Shown here: one piece after another, positions 48,365 to 62,185 of the stretch
How the letters are laid out: each line of letters starts with the position of its first letter
Position numbering within the stretch: the first letter of the stretch is position 1
Source: Heptranchias perlo
Taxonomy: Eukaryota
Direction of reading: 5' to 3'
Assembly: GCF_035084215.1 (NCBI RefSeq)
Contig: NC_090345.1
Location: forward strand, 5,084,001-5,148,000
DNA: 64,000 nucleotides
The notes under the pieces: model-generated
What the model was told of the DNA's origin: nothing
Seen by the model: the letters and a program-made list of their open reading frames with translations, nothing else
Database searches by the model: none
Made by a program: the position numbers and the translations under genes

Positions 48365-48795
48365 CCTACTTGCATTTATATTGCGCCTTTCACGACCGCA
48401 GGATGTACCAAAGCGCTTTACAGCCAATAAGGTACTTTTGAAGTGTAGTCACTGTTGTAATGTAGAAAATGCAGCAAGATCCCACAAACAGTAATGTGAA
48501 CATTTGTTTTGGTGATGTTGGCTGAGAGATAAATATTGGGCCAGGACACCAAGGAGAACTTCCCCTGACCTTCTGTGAAATAGTGGTCATGGGATCTGTT
48601 ACGTAAACCTGAGAGGGCAGACGGGGCCTCGGGTTTAAGGTCTCATCCAAAAGACGGCACCTCTGGCAGTGCAGCACTCCCTCAGTACTGGCACTGGGGA
48701 GTGTCGGCCTGCATTATGCACTCAAGTCTCTGGAGTGGGACTTAAACCCACAACCTTCAGACTCAGAGGCGAGAGCGCTGCCCACTCAGCCACTG
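48365..48795 (-). mobile_element. tRNA-derived Deu-type SINE
   Basis: Recurrent family copy. Confidence 0.75.
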
Positions 48796-49607
48796 CTGCA
48801 CACGTGAGCCTAGGTGGTGAGTGTCAGAGGGCTATTCGACCGTGGACCTGCATCCATAGCTGAGCTGCTGCTGCCTCCCACCGTCGGTGGACGCGCACGC
48901 ACTCGCTTTCCAGCAGGAGTCGTCGGTTAGGTGAACCTCTTGGCTTCTTTCTCAGTTCCCCATTCCAGGCGCCTCGAGCCCAATCATAACGCTCTTACAT
49001 CTACCTTAACTGAGGTCAGCTGACTGACCACAGACCTTCCTGATTTGTGAGGTTCAGCTGCTCACTGAGTAAACTCACTGGACCATTGTGGGAACCTCAA
49101 TTACTAGTCCCCCAGTGTAGACACAATCAACAGCTGTGACCAGTCCTGTACAGTAGTCAATCCCAAGGTTACGTTACTGGACCAGTAATCCTGCGACCTG
49201 TGAGTTCAAATCCCGCCACAGCAGTTTGAGAATTTGAATTTAGTTTTTAAAAAAAAACAGGAAATAAAATGTTGACATCAGTAAAAGTGACCGTGAAGCT
49301 GTCGGATTGTGTTAAAAACTCAACTGGTTCACTAATGTCCTTTAGGGAAGGAAACCTGCCGTCCTTACCCGGTCTGGGCCTATATGTGACTGCAGACCCA
49401 CACCAACGTGGTTGACTCTTAACTGCCCTCTGAAGTGGCCACTCGGTTTAGAAAAAGGCCCACCACCGACTTCTGAGGGCAATAAATGCCAGTCTTGCCA
49501 GTGACGCTCACATCACGAGGATGAGTTGAAAAAGCTCCTCCCCAGACACACGCACACAGACGATACAAAACGATGAGAGGCCCTGTGACCCCCTTCTGGC
49601 TACGTAC

Positions 49608-49659
49608 CTTTTGCTCATTCTCTTTGTCTCCAATTCACATGATGAGCTGAGGGTCTGAC
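49608..49659 (-). CDS. CDC25: CDC25 probable exon
   Basis: 52 nt, (G)QTLSSSCELETKRMSK(R); AG/GT flanks; phase 1/2 bridges the flanking exons. Confidence 0.5.
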
Positions 49660-49789
49660 CTGTAACGCAAAAACATGCAATTAACTTGCTTGTGCATTGT
49701 CCCGGGTTCCCGATCTACCTTTTTATCCTGAAGTTCTCTCTTATTCCTAAGACAGCTCCAAGGAATTCCGCGGTTGACCTTAAGCGTCA

Positions 49790-50235
49790 CCTGTGCTTCA
49801 GTGGGCAGCACTCTTGCCTCTGAGTCAGAAGATTGTGCGTTCATGGTCCCACTCCAGAGACTTGAGTACATTATCCATGCTGATACTCCCAGTGCAGTAC
49901 TGAGGGAGTGCTGCACTGCCGGCGGGTGCTGCCTCTCGGATGTGACTTTAAACTGAGGCCCTGTCTGCCCTCTCGGGTGGATGTAAAAGATCCCATGGCA
50001 CTATTTCAAAGAAGAGCAGGGGAGTTCTCCCCGGTGCCCTGGCCAATACTTATCCCTCTTTGAAAAGAGATGATCTGGTCACAAGCATATTGCTGTTTGT
50101 GGGATCTTGCTGTGTGTAAATTTTGGCTGCCGCCTTTCCTACATTACAACAGTGCCTACGCTTCAAACGTATTTAATTTGTAAAGCATTTTGAGATGTCC
50201 TGAGGTCATGAAAGATGCTGTATAAATGCAAGTTT
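49790..50235 (+). mobile_element. tRNA-derived Deu-type SINE, full length
   Basis: tRNA head, Deu core and ATAAATGCAAG tail. Confidence 0.8.
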
Positions 50236-51147
50236 TTTCTTGCTTTTTTTCTTTTTTTGTAGCATTTTGTGTCTTGAAAACTGTGCTGTCAATAAGTCTC
50301 TTTTCCTACTGAAATATTAAATATGTGCTTTTAAAAAAAAATCTTCAATTAGACGCAAAAAGTTTTCAAAACTTTATTTCTACTCTCCAACCGCTCCCCA
50401 TTCTTTCCGTTTTACTAGCTGTGTCACTTAATCAACTCCAGGGCTTGAGCCCATAATCCAGGCCGACACTCCCAGTGCAGTAGTGAGGGGAATGCAACAC
50501 TGTCGGAGGTGCCGTCTTTCGGACGAGACTTTAAGCCGAGGCCTCGTTTGACGTAAATGATTCCATATTTGAAGAAGAGCGGGGAGTTCTCCCGGCCAAC
50601 ATTCTTCCCCTTAATCAAAACAACAGATTAACTGGTCATTCGTCTTATCGCTGTTTGTGGGATCTTGCTATGCACTGGACTACATATGTTACAACCGTGC
50701 TTTGATGCTTTTCGTTGCACAGGAAGTGCCAAAAGATGTGATAAGGTGTTACATAAATCAAGTCTTTTGTACTGATTTGATTTCACATTGTTTCTGACTA
50801 ACATTCTACGGTACCTCTCCCCGAGTGACCATTTGTCACAGTAAGCCTTGACAGTAAATGCCACCGAGCTGTTCAACCAAGGGGGGGGGGGGGGGGGGAA
50901 TTACAGGTAAACCTGATCCTGTTTGTATATTTCCCAGCACAGGACAGTGAACAGCGTTTGGAATGGACTTCTGTGTAGGATAGTGGAGCCAAAATCATTT
51001 AAAAGGAGGGGAGAGCTTTACAGGAGGCCTGCAGCCTCTCGAAGAAACAACGTACACACAAAATCAATAAACTTTTTGTGCAGAAGATTTTTTTCCCCCT
51101 TTGCCCCCTGAGAGAATGCTGAAACCATGGCAGAAGACCATGTTTAC

Positions 51148-51266
51148 CAGCTGAGTGCAACCTGTACAGACCTGCAGGAGTCTTGGTCTCCGTAGCAACC
51201 GGCAAGGCCTCAGGGCTCGGATTTCCACTCTCTGGAGAAAGCTTCAGTCTGCGTTTGGGGGTGTCA
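51148..51266 (-). CDS. CDC25: CDC25 coding exon 2
   Basis: (S)DTPKRRLKLSPESGNPSPEALP...LHSA; TPKR.L.LS motif of CDC25 N-termini. Confidence 0.8.
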
Positions 51267-51569
51267 CTGAGGTCAGGGAACAACAGCACACATTAACAAG
51301 CTGGAGGCAGCTCACAGACAGAGAGAGAGGGAGAGAGATGTTAAATATGTTAACTACATCCTGTACAGTTGTCAAGTAGGCTGTAGGGGCCTTATTTTAA
51401 AAAGCCCCGCCCGAGACAACATCGTATGCAATAAAACATTTTCGCAGGGCATTGCAAAAAGAAATGACATTTCTCTGTGCCCTGTCTGTCCCTAATTAGG
51501 TGATAAATTTGTCTTAAGAATTCCTGCATTTTTTAAAGGATAATCCTTTTTATTTTCCATCCTCTGCTT

Positions 51570-52150
51570 AGCTGTGGCTCAGTGGGTAGTACTTTTGCCT
51601 CTGAATCAGAAGGTTGTGGGTTCAAGTCCTTACTCCAAATATTTGAGCACAAAATCTAGGCTGACACTCCAATGCAGTACGGAGGGAGTGCTGCACTGTC
51701 GGCGGTCTTTTGGGCGAGATGTTGGATTTATATAGCACTTTTCATGACCTCGTGACGTCCCAAAAGTACTATACAGCCAATGAAGTACTTTTGAAGTGTA
51801 GTCACTGTTGTAATGTAAGAAATGTAGCCACTGATTTGCACACAGCAAGATCCCACAAACAGCAATGTGATAATGACCAGATAATCTCTGTTAGTGCTGT
51901 TGGTTGAGGGATAAATCTTGGCCAAGACACCAGGGAGAACTTCCCTGGCCTTCTTCGAAATAGCATTGTGCGATCTTTTACGTCCACCTGAGAGGGCAGA
52001 TGGGGCCTTGGTTTAACGTCTCATCCGAAAGACAGTGCAGCACTGGGAGTGTCAGCCTGGATTTTGTACTCAAGTCTCTGGAGCGGGACTATGAACCCAC
52101 CACCTTCAGACTCAGAGACAAGCCTGCTACCCACTGAGCCACGGTTAACA
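51570..52150. mobile_element. Two Deu-type SINEs in opposite orientation
   Basis: Plus-strand head at about 51570-51720 abuts a minus-strand full copy at about 51725-52150. Confidence 0.75.
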
Positions 52151-53372
52151 CTGCATTATAGCATAACAATGATCTTTTAAAACAAATATTGTCTGTGAGC
52201 TGGAAATTAAAATCATAATCACAAAATAATTGTGCTGAACCATACAGACCAGAAGGTCACGGGTCCAATCCCTGATCTGTACTGAATTGGCCATTGGAGA
52301 GTGTGTACGAGTGTCAGCTGGGGGTACGATCGGGCTCAGCTGTGATGCCCTCCATGGTTGAATTGCCTACTCAAACATTGAGTGGGAGGGTGGATGAGGT
52401 ACCAGAGGGCCGACAGCACGGGCGGCTGATGGATCCCAGCCTTCGGGAAAGGAGGGCGGGAAAATCAAAATAATAAAAATAATTCCCCCCCTCTTAAAGG
52501 TTGGGGGGGGCAGAGGGGAATACACTCCCCATTTTTGGAAATGGGAGACAAACTATGACAGTATTCACATCTAGAAGGATATGCTCATAGGGTGAGATGA
52601 CGTAAGGTGGTGTGAGGCTCGAGTGGAGCATAAACACCAGCATGGACCTGTTGGGCTGAATGGCCTGTTTCTGTGTTGTAAATACTACGTTATCAAAAGG
52701 TAAAAGAACCAGAGGGGAGATGAGGAGAATTTTTTAACGCAGCGAGTTGTAACGATCAGGAACTCGCTGCCTGAAAAGGTGGCGGAAGCAGATTCAATAG
52801 TAACTTTCAAAGGGGAATTAATTGGATAAATACTTGCAAATGAAACATTCGCAGGGCTATGGGGAAAGAGCAGGGGTGGGGGGGGGGGGGGGGAGTGGGA
52901 CTAGTTGGACAGCTCTTTCAAAGAGCCGGCACAGGCACGATGGGCCGAATGGCCTCCGTCTGTGCTGTAAGATTCTATGATCACATAATGCACAAAAATT
53001 TCAAATGGGATTTTGCCAACAGAACATGTCCCTTTAAACATCAAACACAACGGGCTGAGTGAGATATTCCCAAAATTCGCCACATTAATTTAATCATCTT
53101 CATTTAATGAGATTACTAAATATAAACAGGGTCTTCCAATCATAGGATCATAGTATGATACAGCCCATCATGCCTGTGCTGGCTCTTTGAAAGATTAGTC
53201 CCATTCCCCTGTTCTTTCCCCAAAGCCCTGTAAATGTTTTTCCCTTCAAGTATTTAAGCCTGAAACATTTAAAATTAATATATTTTTAAAAAAGGACTCG
53301 ATTGATTATCAACAGAATGAATGCTGATTAATTTGTTGATAAGAGGTGATAACAGGTATTTTGTTTGGTTAC

Positions 53373-53452
53373 CTCTCTTGGCAGGATAGACTGTTGAGAT
53401 TGAAGGACAGGCAGGAAACGGGAGAGAATGGCAGGTCTGGGGAGAAAGACAT
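53373..53452 (-). CDS. CDC25: CDC25 first coding exon
   Basis: MSFSPDLPFSPVSCLSFNLNSLSCQE(S); SPV..L...L..L motif; in-frame TGA upstream; acceptor near 53552. Confidence 0.75.
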
Positions 53453-53669
53453 CGACTCGGTCCCTCTTCCTCAGCCTCTCGATTCAACCTGATTCTTGAA
53501 TTTGCACAGTGCGGAACGGATGCCCTTTAAAAACCCATTCCAGTCTGCAACCTAAATGACAGAAAAATGCTATTAAATTATTAAATAATGCAAATTAGTT
53601 TTTGTATTATTGATCACAATTGCAGCGTGATCAGTTGTGGCTTTCAAAACTCTCTCTGTCCCTGTGCTC

Positions 53670-54992
53670 TGTCTGTAGGTCGGTGCAATGCTCTCTCTGT
53701 CTGTCTGTCTGACTGTCTGTAGGTCGGTGCAATGCTCTCTCTCTGTAGGTCGGTGCAATGCTCTCTCTCTGTAGGTCGGTGCAATGCTCTCTCTCTGTAG
53801 GTCGGTGCAATGCTCTCTCTCTGTAGGTCGGTGCAATGCTCTCTCTCTCTGTAGGTCGGTGCAATGCTCTCTCTCTCTGTCGGTCGGTGCAATGCTCTCG
53901 CTCTCTCTCTATCTGTCTATAAGTCGGTGCAATGCTCTCTCTCTATCTGTCTATAGGTCGGTGCAATGCTCTCTCTCTCTCTCTGTAGGTCGGTGCAATG
54001 CTCTCTCTCTCTCTGTAGGTCGGTGCAATGCTCTCTCTCTCTCTGTAGGTCGGTGCAATGCTCTCTCTCTCTCTCTCTGTAGGTCGGTGCAATGCTCTCT
54101 CTCTGTAGGTCGGTGCAATGCTCTCTCTCTGTAGGTCGGTGCAATGCTCTCTCTGTCTGTAGGTCGGTGCAATGCTCTCGCTCTCTGTCTGTAGGTCGGT
54201 GCAATGCTCTCGCTCTCTGTCTGTCTGTAGGTCGGTGCAATGCTCTCTCTCTCTCTGTCAGTAGGTCGGTGCAATGCTCTCTCTCTCTGTCAGTAGGTCG
54301 GTGCAATGCTCTCTCTCTCTCTGTCTGTAGGTCGGTGCAATGCTCTCTCTCTCTGTAGGTCGGTGCAATGCTCTCTCTCTCTGTAGGTCGGTGCAATGCT
54401 CTCTCTCTCTCTGTCTGTAGGTCGGTGCAATGCTCTCTCTCTCTGTAGGTCGGTGCAATGCTCTCTCTCTCTGTAGGTCGGTGCAATGCTCTCTCTGTAG
54501 GTCGGTGCAATGCTCTCGCTCTCTGTCTGTAGGTCGGTGCAATGCTCTCTCTCTCTCTGTAGGTCGGTGCAATGCTCTCTCTCTGTATGTCGGTCGGTGC
54601 AATGCTCTCTCTCTCTCTCTGTCTGTAGGTCGGTGCAATGCTCTCTCTCTCTGTCTGTAGGTCGGTGCAATGCTCTCTCTCTGTATGTCGGTCGGTGCAA
54701 TGCTCTCTCTCTCTCTCTGTCTGTAGGTCGGTGCAATGCTCTCTCTCTCTCTCTGTCTGTAGGTCGGTGCAATGCTCTCTCTCTCTCTCTGTCTGTAGGT
54801 CGGTGCAATGCTCTCTCTCTCTCTCTGTCTGTAGGTCGGTGCAATGCTCTCTCTCTCTCTCTGTCTGTAGGTCGGTGCAATGCTCTCTGTCTGTCGGTCG
54901 GTGCAATGCTCTCTCTCTCTCTCTGTCTGTAGGTCGGTGCAATGCTCTCTCTCTGTAGGTCGGTGCAATGCTCTCTCTCTCTCTCTCTCTCC
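53670..54992. repeat. Compound minisatellite TGTAGGTCGGTGCAATG+(CT)n
   Basis: About 38 units with a constant core and a variable CT tract. Confidence 0.96.
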
Positions 54993-54999
54993 TGCATCA

Positions 55000-55240
55000 C
55001 TCGCTGTTGCTAGTCAGCTGTTTGCTGCAGCAGGCGGTTGCTAAGGACGCGCGATTTTGGCCCAAGCGATCGCCAGGTTATCCGGGCTGACGCTGCACGC
55101 CCCGCCAGGGAGATATAGTCGAAGCCGGGCTAATACCGCCGGACGGTGGTGCAATGATATAGTGCAAGCGTGCAAAAATAAAAATCGGTCTAAATATCTA
55201 AACGCAATGTAAAGTGGTGCAAATTTCGCGTGCAGTGAAA
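55000..55240 (-). promoter_or_regulatory. CpG-rich candidate promoter of CDC25
   Basis: Local CpG enrichment upstream of the first coding exon; E2F-like CCCGCCA (about 55101) and TTTCGCG (about 55224) motifs. Confidence 0.45.
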
Positions 55241-56334
55241 ATGTCAGTAAGTACCGTTCAAACACAGTGTAAGGGTTTCCAATGGTGCAAAAACTGAGTC
55301 ACTTTAGTCAATACGCTCATTTATCGTGCAAAAGTGTGAATAACGTCCAATATCGTCTGCGGTGAAATCTGTGCAAAATCATGGAACCATCAACGTGGTG
55401 CAAATAACGTTCAAACAATGCAAAACAGGGTAAATATTGACCAGGTACAAGGCACAATTGTGCAAATGTAAACCAGAGAATGCAATACCCCCTTGCCCAG
55501 TGTCCTGGCCAATATTTATCCCTCAACCTAAAACAGATTATCTGGTCACTTATCTCAGTGCTGTTTGTGGGATCTTGCTGTGTGCAAATTGGCTGCTGGG
55601 TTTCCTACATTACAACAGTGGCTACATTTCAAAAAAAGTATTTAATTGGCTGGAAAGCGCTTAGGGAGGCCCCGAGGTCATGAAAAGTGCTGTAGAAATG
55701 CGAATTTTTTCTTTGCCCTTCCTTCTCAGTACTGGACTGCATAGGATATCACTAGGCTAGCTCTTTCAAAGGGCCAGCACAGGCAGGATGGGCTGAATGG
55801 CTTCCTTCTGTGCTTTTTGATACTATGATCATAAATAATAGCTGTTGAATCTGGTCTGTATGGCTCAGTAGCACACCGGGCAGCACCCTCTGAGCCCTTG
55901 GGAGTTGTTGGGAGGTCTATGACAGGGGTTGACCAGGGCTGCTCCCTTTTCCCTCAGTCCAGAACAGAACAGGGAATAGGATAAAGGGTAGGACAGGAAG
56001 TGGGATGGTAGTTTGGGGTCTAATGTTTGCTTTGATCCTCTGAACATTGACTGAAAACCTTTCTAACTAACAGCTCCACATTGTATGTGGGATCAAACAA
56101 CTAGTCAAAAAACAGACACTTTGTATCCTGATTACATGTTACATGCCTAATCGCAGGAGCACAGATCATCTGGTTATTATCACATTGCTGTTTGTGGGAT
56201 CTTGCTGTGCGCAAATTGGCTGCCGCGTTTCGTACATCACAACGGTGACTACACTTCACAAGTACTTCATTGGCTGTAAAGCGCTTAGGGATGTCCTGAG
56301 GACCAAATCAACTCAAATCCCTAGACCTGTTTCG

Positions 56335-56750
56335 ACTTAGCTCAGTTGGTAGCACTCCCACCTCTGAGTTATACAGATCACGAGTTCAAGCCCCACTCCA
56401 CCTAAGCAAATAATTTAGGCTGACGCTTGAGTGCAGTGTCGAGGGAGTGCTGTCAAAGGTGCCATCTTTTGGACGAGACATTAAACCGAGGCCCCGTCTG
56501 CCCTCTCAATTGAACGTAAAGCTCACACGGCACTATTCAAACAGCAGTGGAGTTCTCCCGGTGCCCTGGCCAACACTTAACCCTCGGCCAACACAAACAA
56601 AACAGATTATCTGGTCATTTATCTCATTTGCTGTGCACAAATTGGCTGCCACTTTTATCTATTTAAAAACAGTAACTACGCTTCAAATTGTCTGTGAAAC
56701 ACTTTGGGACATCCTGAGGATGTGAAAGGTGCTACATAAATGCAAGCTCT
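56335..56750 (+). mobile_element. tRNA-derived Deu-type SINE
   Basis: A box TAGCTCAGTTGG, B box GTTCAAGCC, Deu core. Confidence 0.75.
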
Positions 56751-57469
56751 TTCTTCCACCGTTACCTCAGCATGACACAGAAAAGAAAGGCTGAATTGCA
56801 AGAAAAAGTCGAAGGTCTTGCATTTTTCTAGTGCCGTGTCACATCTTGCAGTAACAGCTCATAGTGCTTCATATATGACCAATCACTTTGAAGTGCAGTG
56901 ACTGTTGTTCTGTAAGAAAACGTGGCACCCATGAGTGTACTCCAAATCCCACAAAGCAGCAATGGCATGGATAAAAGAAAGGAAGAATTAACTCGCATTT
57001 ATATAGAGCCTTTCACAATCTCAAGGATATTTGAAAGTACTTTACACTTGTTCACAGTAAGGTCGCACAAACAGCAAATGAGGTGAATGGTTGGATAACC
57101 TGTATTTTTTGTTGGTGTTTGTTGAGGGAGGACTGTTGGTCTGGACACTGAGTGAACTCGCTGCTCTTCTTAGAAAAACTGTGGAAACTCCTCTCACACT
57201 CCTGGATAGGAAACAATTAAAAGCTAGTTGTACCGAAAGGCAACCCTTCTTTCTCATCTAACCTCCAAATTGTAACCTTTCCTGTCTCTCTTCATTTTAT
57301 TGATCTATATAACTACTGTCAGTGCTCCTCTGAGCTTTCTGCACCCTCTTTCCCCCTCCCTACATGCCCCATGTGTTGAAATCAAAATCATTCATTTCCA
57401 GCACCTCAAATCTATGGAACTACAGACCTCACTAACTTCCCTTCCTCTTGCAATAATATAAAATAAAGA

Positions 57470-57900
57470 AAGACTTGCATTTATATAGCGCCTTTGACAA
57501 CCTCAGGATGTCTCAAAACACATTACAGCCAATGAAGTACTTTTTGAAGTTTAGTCACTGTTGTAATGTAGGAAACACAGCAGCCAATTTGCGCACAGCA
57601 AGATCCCACAAACAACAATATGATAATGATCAGATAATCTGTTTTAGGTGTAGGTTGAGGGATAAATATTGGCCAGGACGAACTCCCCTGCTCTTCTTCA
57701 AAATAGTGCCATGGGATCTTTTACATTCACCTGAGAGGACAGACAGGACCTCAGTTTAATATCTCATCTGAAAGACAGAACCTCAGACAGTGCAACACTG
57801 GAGAGTCAGCCTAGACTATGGGTTCATGCCTTGAGAGTAGGACATGAAAGCATGACCTTCTGACTTAGAGGTGAGAGTGCTGGCAACTGAGTCATGGCTA
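57470..57900 (-). mobile_element. tRNA-derived Deu-type SINE
   Basis: Recurrent family copy. Confidence 0.78.
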
Positions 57901-58792
57901 ACCCAAGCTTGGTGTCACTTAATCATTTCTGCCTATTTTTTTTCTGTTCAGCATTGGTGATGTTATTACACTATGGGCCCTGCTCTGTGTCTCAGCAACA
58001 GAATAAATGGATGGCTGAATGGCCTGAGATAGGGAATTTTATTTTTTTAAAGATGCCTGGTTTACACTATAGAAATGCCCATTTTAAAATCACATTGCCA
58101 AGTCCAATAGCAGCAAGGAGCTCAGGTGACATTTGGCTGATTTTCTTTCAACCCCAGTTAGGGATCGCCAACTCTGGCTGGACATATTCGTGGAGGTTTC
58201 ATCACATGACCTCCTGCCTCCAGCTGCCCCGCCCCCACACTCCCACCATTGGTCGCCAAAAACATCCATCCTCACGACGCCCTGCCTTCCCACACCAATT
58301 GGAAAGCGAAAAGACTTTTCATGACCCAATTGCATGATTCTTGACTGTCTGTCAACCAGCCTTCCCCCCCATCTCCAGTATTTTTATAGCTAATAAACAG
58401 AAGTGTTCAAAGAAAATGAAAAAAAACACACACAATTTTTAAAAATTATTTTTCTCTTCCCGGGTTATTGCTCGCAGCAGTGGCCAGGGAGATCAATCTT
58501 CAATTTCAGGAGATGCCAAGCCAATCCTGGAGGGTTGGGAACTCCCCTAGTCTCCCAGTAGAACCTCTTGTCAGAGTAGAACCAGTCCCATTCTGACCTC
58601 TCTGTCCTCGGCCTCTTACACTGTTCCAATGAAGCTCAATGGAAGCTCGAGGAACAGCATCTCATCTTTCGATTTCGCACTTTACAACCTCAACATTAAT
58701 TTCAATAACTTCAGATCACAATCACTGCTCCCATTTTTTTAGTTGTAAACAATTTTACAACACCAAGTTATAGTCCAACAATTTTATTTGAA

Positions 58793-58833
58793 ATTCACAA
58801 GCTTTCGGAGGCTTCCTCCTTCCTCAGGTGAAT
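58793..58833 (-). ncRNA. Minimal hammerhead ribozyme with canonical core
   Basis: Reverse complement AUUCAC-CUGAGGA-A-GGAGG-AAG-CCUCC-GAAA-GC-UU-GUGAAU, with a fully Watson-Crick stem I. Confidence 0.82.
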
Positions 58834-59450
58834 GTTGTGGAAATGAAATCCTCGAACCCTTCGCATTTATAAATCACAGAACAATACCTGGTGATTACAG
58901 ATAGTCTTTCCAACTGCCCGTTGCCAAGGCAATCACAGTGTGCAGACAGAGAGGTGTTACCTACAAGGCCACCGAATATACAAACAACCAAAAAAAAAAC
59001 AGAGAGAGAGAGGCAGAAACATAGAAACATCAGGAAGGAAGAGAAAGACAGCAAATGACCCGTTATATTAAAAACAGATAACATTTGTTCGCTGGTGGGG
59101 TTACGTCTAGCGTGACATGAACCCAAGATCCCGGTTGAGGCCGTCCTCATGGGTATGGAACTTGGCTATCAATTTCTGCTCGACGATTTTGCGTTGTCGT
59201 GTGTCTCGAAGGCCGCCTTGGAGTATGCTTACCCGAAGGTTGGTGGCTGAATGTCCTTGACTGCTGAAGTGTTCCCCGACTGGGAGGGAACCCTCCTGTC
59301 TGGCAATCGCGGTGGCCTTGTAGGTAACACCTCTCTGTCTGCACACTGTGATTGCCTTGGCAACGGGCAGTTGGAAAGGCTATCTGTAATCACCAGGTAG
59401 TGTTCTGTGATTTATAAATGCGAAGGGTTCGAGGATTTCATTTCCACAAC

Positions 59451-59491
59451 ATTCACCTGAGAAAGGAGGAAGCCTCCGAAAGCTTGTGAAT
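59451..59491 (+). ncRNA. Minimal hammerhead ribozyme with a core mutation (CUGAGAA)
   Basis: Same fold as 58793-58833 but G8 is changed to A, so probably inactive. Confidence 0.65.
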
Positions 59492-60589
59492 TTCAAATAA
59501 AATTGTTGGACTATAACTTGGTGTTGTAAAATTGTTTACAATTGTCAACCCCAGTCCATCACCGGCATCTCCACCCCATTTTTTTAGGACAGCTGGTGCT
59601 GGTGATGATTCTGCTGTTGCCATTTCTCCTTTAGCCCAATCTTTTGTTCCTTTACTTGTCCCATTACCATCCCCTTTGCCTCCCACCATTATCCCTTTTG
59701 TCATTTAATCACGCCTGCCCTCCACCCTAGTGCAGATCTTCCCTTTTGTTCTTTCCTCTCCCCCCTTTCCCTGCCTCCATACTTGCTTAAAAACTGTTAA
59801 ATCTTTAACTTCTTCCAGTTCTGACAAAAGGCCATCGACCTGAAACGTTAACTCTGTTTCTTTCTCCATAGATGCTGCCTGACCTGCTGAGTGTTTCCAG
59901 TATTTTCCGTTTTTATTTCAGATTTCCAGCATCCGCAGTATTTTGCTTTCGATTAATAGGAACTCAGGAACAGGAGTAGGCCATTTAGTCCCTTGGGCCT
60001 GTTCCGCCACTCAATGAGATCATGATTGATCTGTGACCTAATTCCATATACCTGCTTTAGCCCCATATTCTTTCATACCTTTGGTTAACAAAAATCTGTC
60101 AATCTCAGATTTAAAATTAACAATTCAGTCCTATTATGCGCCCCAGTCCTAGACTCCCCAACCAGCGGAAATAGTTTCTCTCTATCTTCCCCTTAATATC
60201 TTGAAGGACCGATTTCCCTTAGCACAGGGGTCGGTGACCAGGGGGCATAGATTTAAAGTGATTGGTAGAAGGATTAGAGGGGAGCTGAGGAGAAATGTTT
60301 TCACCCAGAGGGCGGTGGTGTGGGGGGTCTGGAACTCACTGCCCGAGAGGGTGGGAGAGGCAGAAACCCTCAACTCATCTAAAAAGTACTTGGATGTGCA
60401 CCTGAAGTGCCGTAACCCGCAGGGCCACGGACCCGGAAGGTGGGATCGGGCCGGGTGGCTCTTTTTCGGCCGGCACGGACACGACGGGCCCAACGGCCTC
60501 CTTTCTGCGCCGTAAATTTCTACGGTCCAATCCTCCCAAATGGTCAATTCCTGGAGACTCCAGGCCAACCCGGGAGAGGGTTGGGAACC

Positions 60590-61256
<667 letters not shown>

Positions 61257-61279
61257 TAAGGAGTGTCGGGGGGGGGGAC

Positions 61280-62185
61280 GAGGGGTACCTGGGGGTATGG
61301 GGGGCAGGGGCGAGGCGTACCTGGGGGGGTGAGGCGTACCTGGCGGGGGCGAGGAGTACAGCGGGGGTAATGGGGAAGGGACGAGGAGTGCAGCGGGGGG
61401 TATGGGGGGGGAAGGGACGAGGAGTGCAGCGGGGGGTATGGGGGGGGCAGGGGCGAGGAGTACCTGGGGGTATGGGGGGGGCAGGGGCGAGGAGTACCTG
61501 GGGGTATGGGGGGGGGCAGGGGCGAGGAATACCTGGGGGTATGGGGGGGGCAGGGGCGAGGAGTAGCTGGGGGTATGGGGGGGGCAGGGGCGAGGAGTAC
61601 CTGGGGGTATGGGGGGGGGCAGGGGCGAGGAGTACCTGGGGGTATGGGGGGCAGGGGCGAGGAGTACCTGGGGGGGTGAGGCGTACATGGCGGGGGCGAG
61701 GAGTACAGCGGGGGTAATGGGGGAAGGGACGAGGGAGTGCAGCGGGGGTAATGGGGGGGAAGGGACGAGGGAGTACAGCGGGGGTAATGGGGGGGAAGGG
61801 ACGAGGGAGTGCAGCGGGGGTAATGGGGGGGAAGGGACGAGGGAGTACAGCGGGGGTAATGGGGGGGAAGGGACGAGGGAGTGCAGCGGGGGTAATGGGG
61901 GGGAAGGGACGAGGGAGTACAGCGGGGGTAATGGGGAAGGGACGAGGGAGTACAGCGGGGGTAATGGGGGGGAAGGGACGAGGGAGTACAGCGGGGGTAA
62001 TGGGGGGGAAGGGACGAGGGAGTACAGCGGGGGTAATGGGGGGGAAGGGACGAGGGAGTACAGCGGGGGTAATGGGGGGGAAGGGACGAGGGAGTACAGC
62101 GGGGGTAATGGGGGGGAAGGGACGAGGGAGTGCAGCGGGGGTAATGGGGGGGAAGGGACGAGGAGTGCAGTGGGGGTAAGGAGGA
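61280..62185. repeat. G-rich minisatellites (~30-36-bp units) in PI4K2A intron 1
   Basis: Arrays of GGGGGTATGGGGGGGCAGGGGCGAGGAGTACCT and GGGGGTAATGGGGGGGAAGGGACGAGGGAGTACAGC. Confidence 0.95.

Larger units (their letters stand above)
58743..59574. mobile_element. Short inverted Penelope insertion with a 13-bp TSD
   Basis: Minus arm contains the GIY-YIG C-terminus (EGSLPVGEHFS..KIVEQKLIAKF); plus arm at about 59313-59574; CCCATTTTTTTAG is duplicated at 58730-58742 and 59575-59587. Confidence 0.9.
58580..59952 (+). mobile_element. Older Penelope-type 3' remnant of a second family, hosting the younger insertion
   Basis: SHSDLSVLGLLHCSNEAQWKLEEQHLIFR (GIY-YIG C-terminus-like) at about 58587-58675; pyrimidine-rich UTR, degenerate hammerhead at 59817-59853, and a tail that also occurs inverted at about 2558-2655. 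Confidence 0.7.

Noticed and set aside
53670-54992. CRISPR-like appearance: constant 17-nt core with variable-length intervening sequence
   Set aside because: The intervening sequence is only (CT)n microsatellite, not unique spacers; the context is eukaryotic and there are no cas genes.
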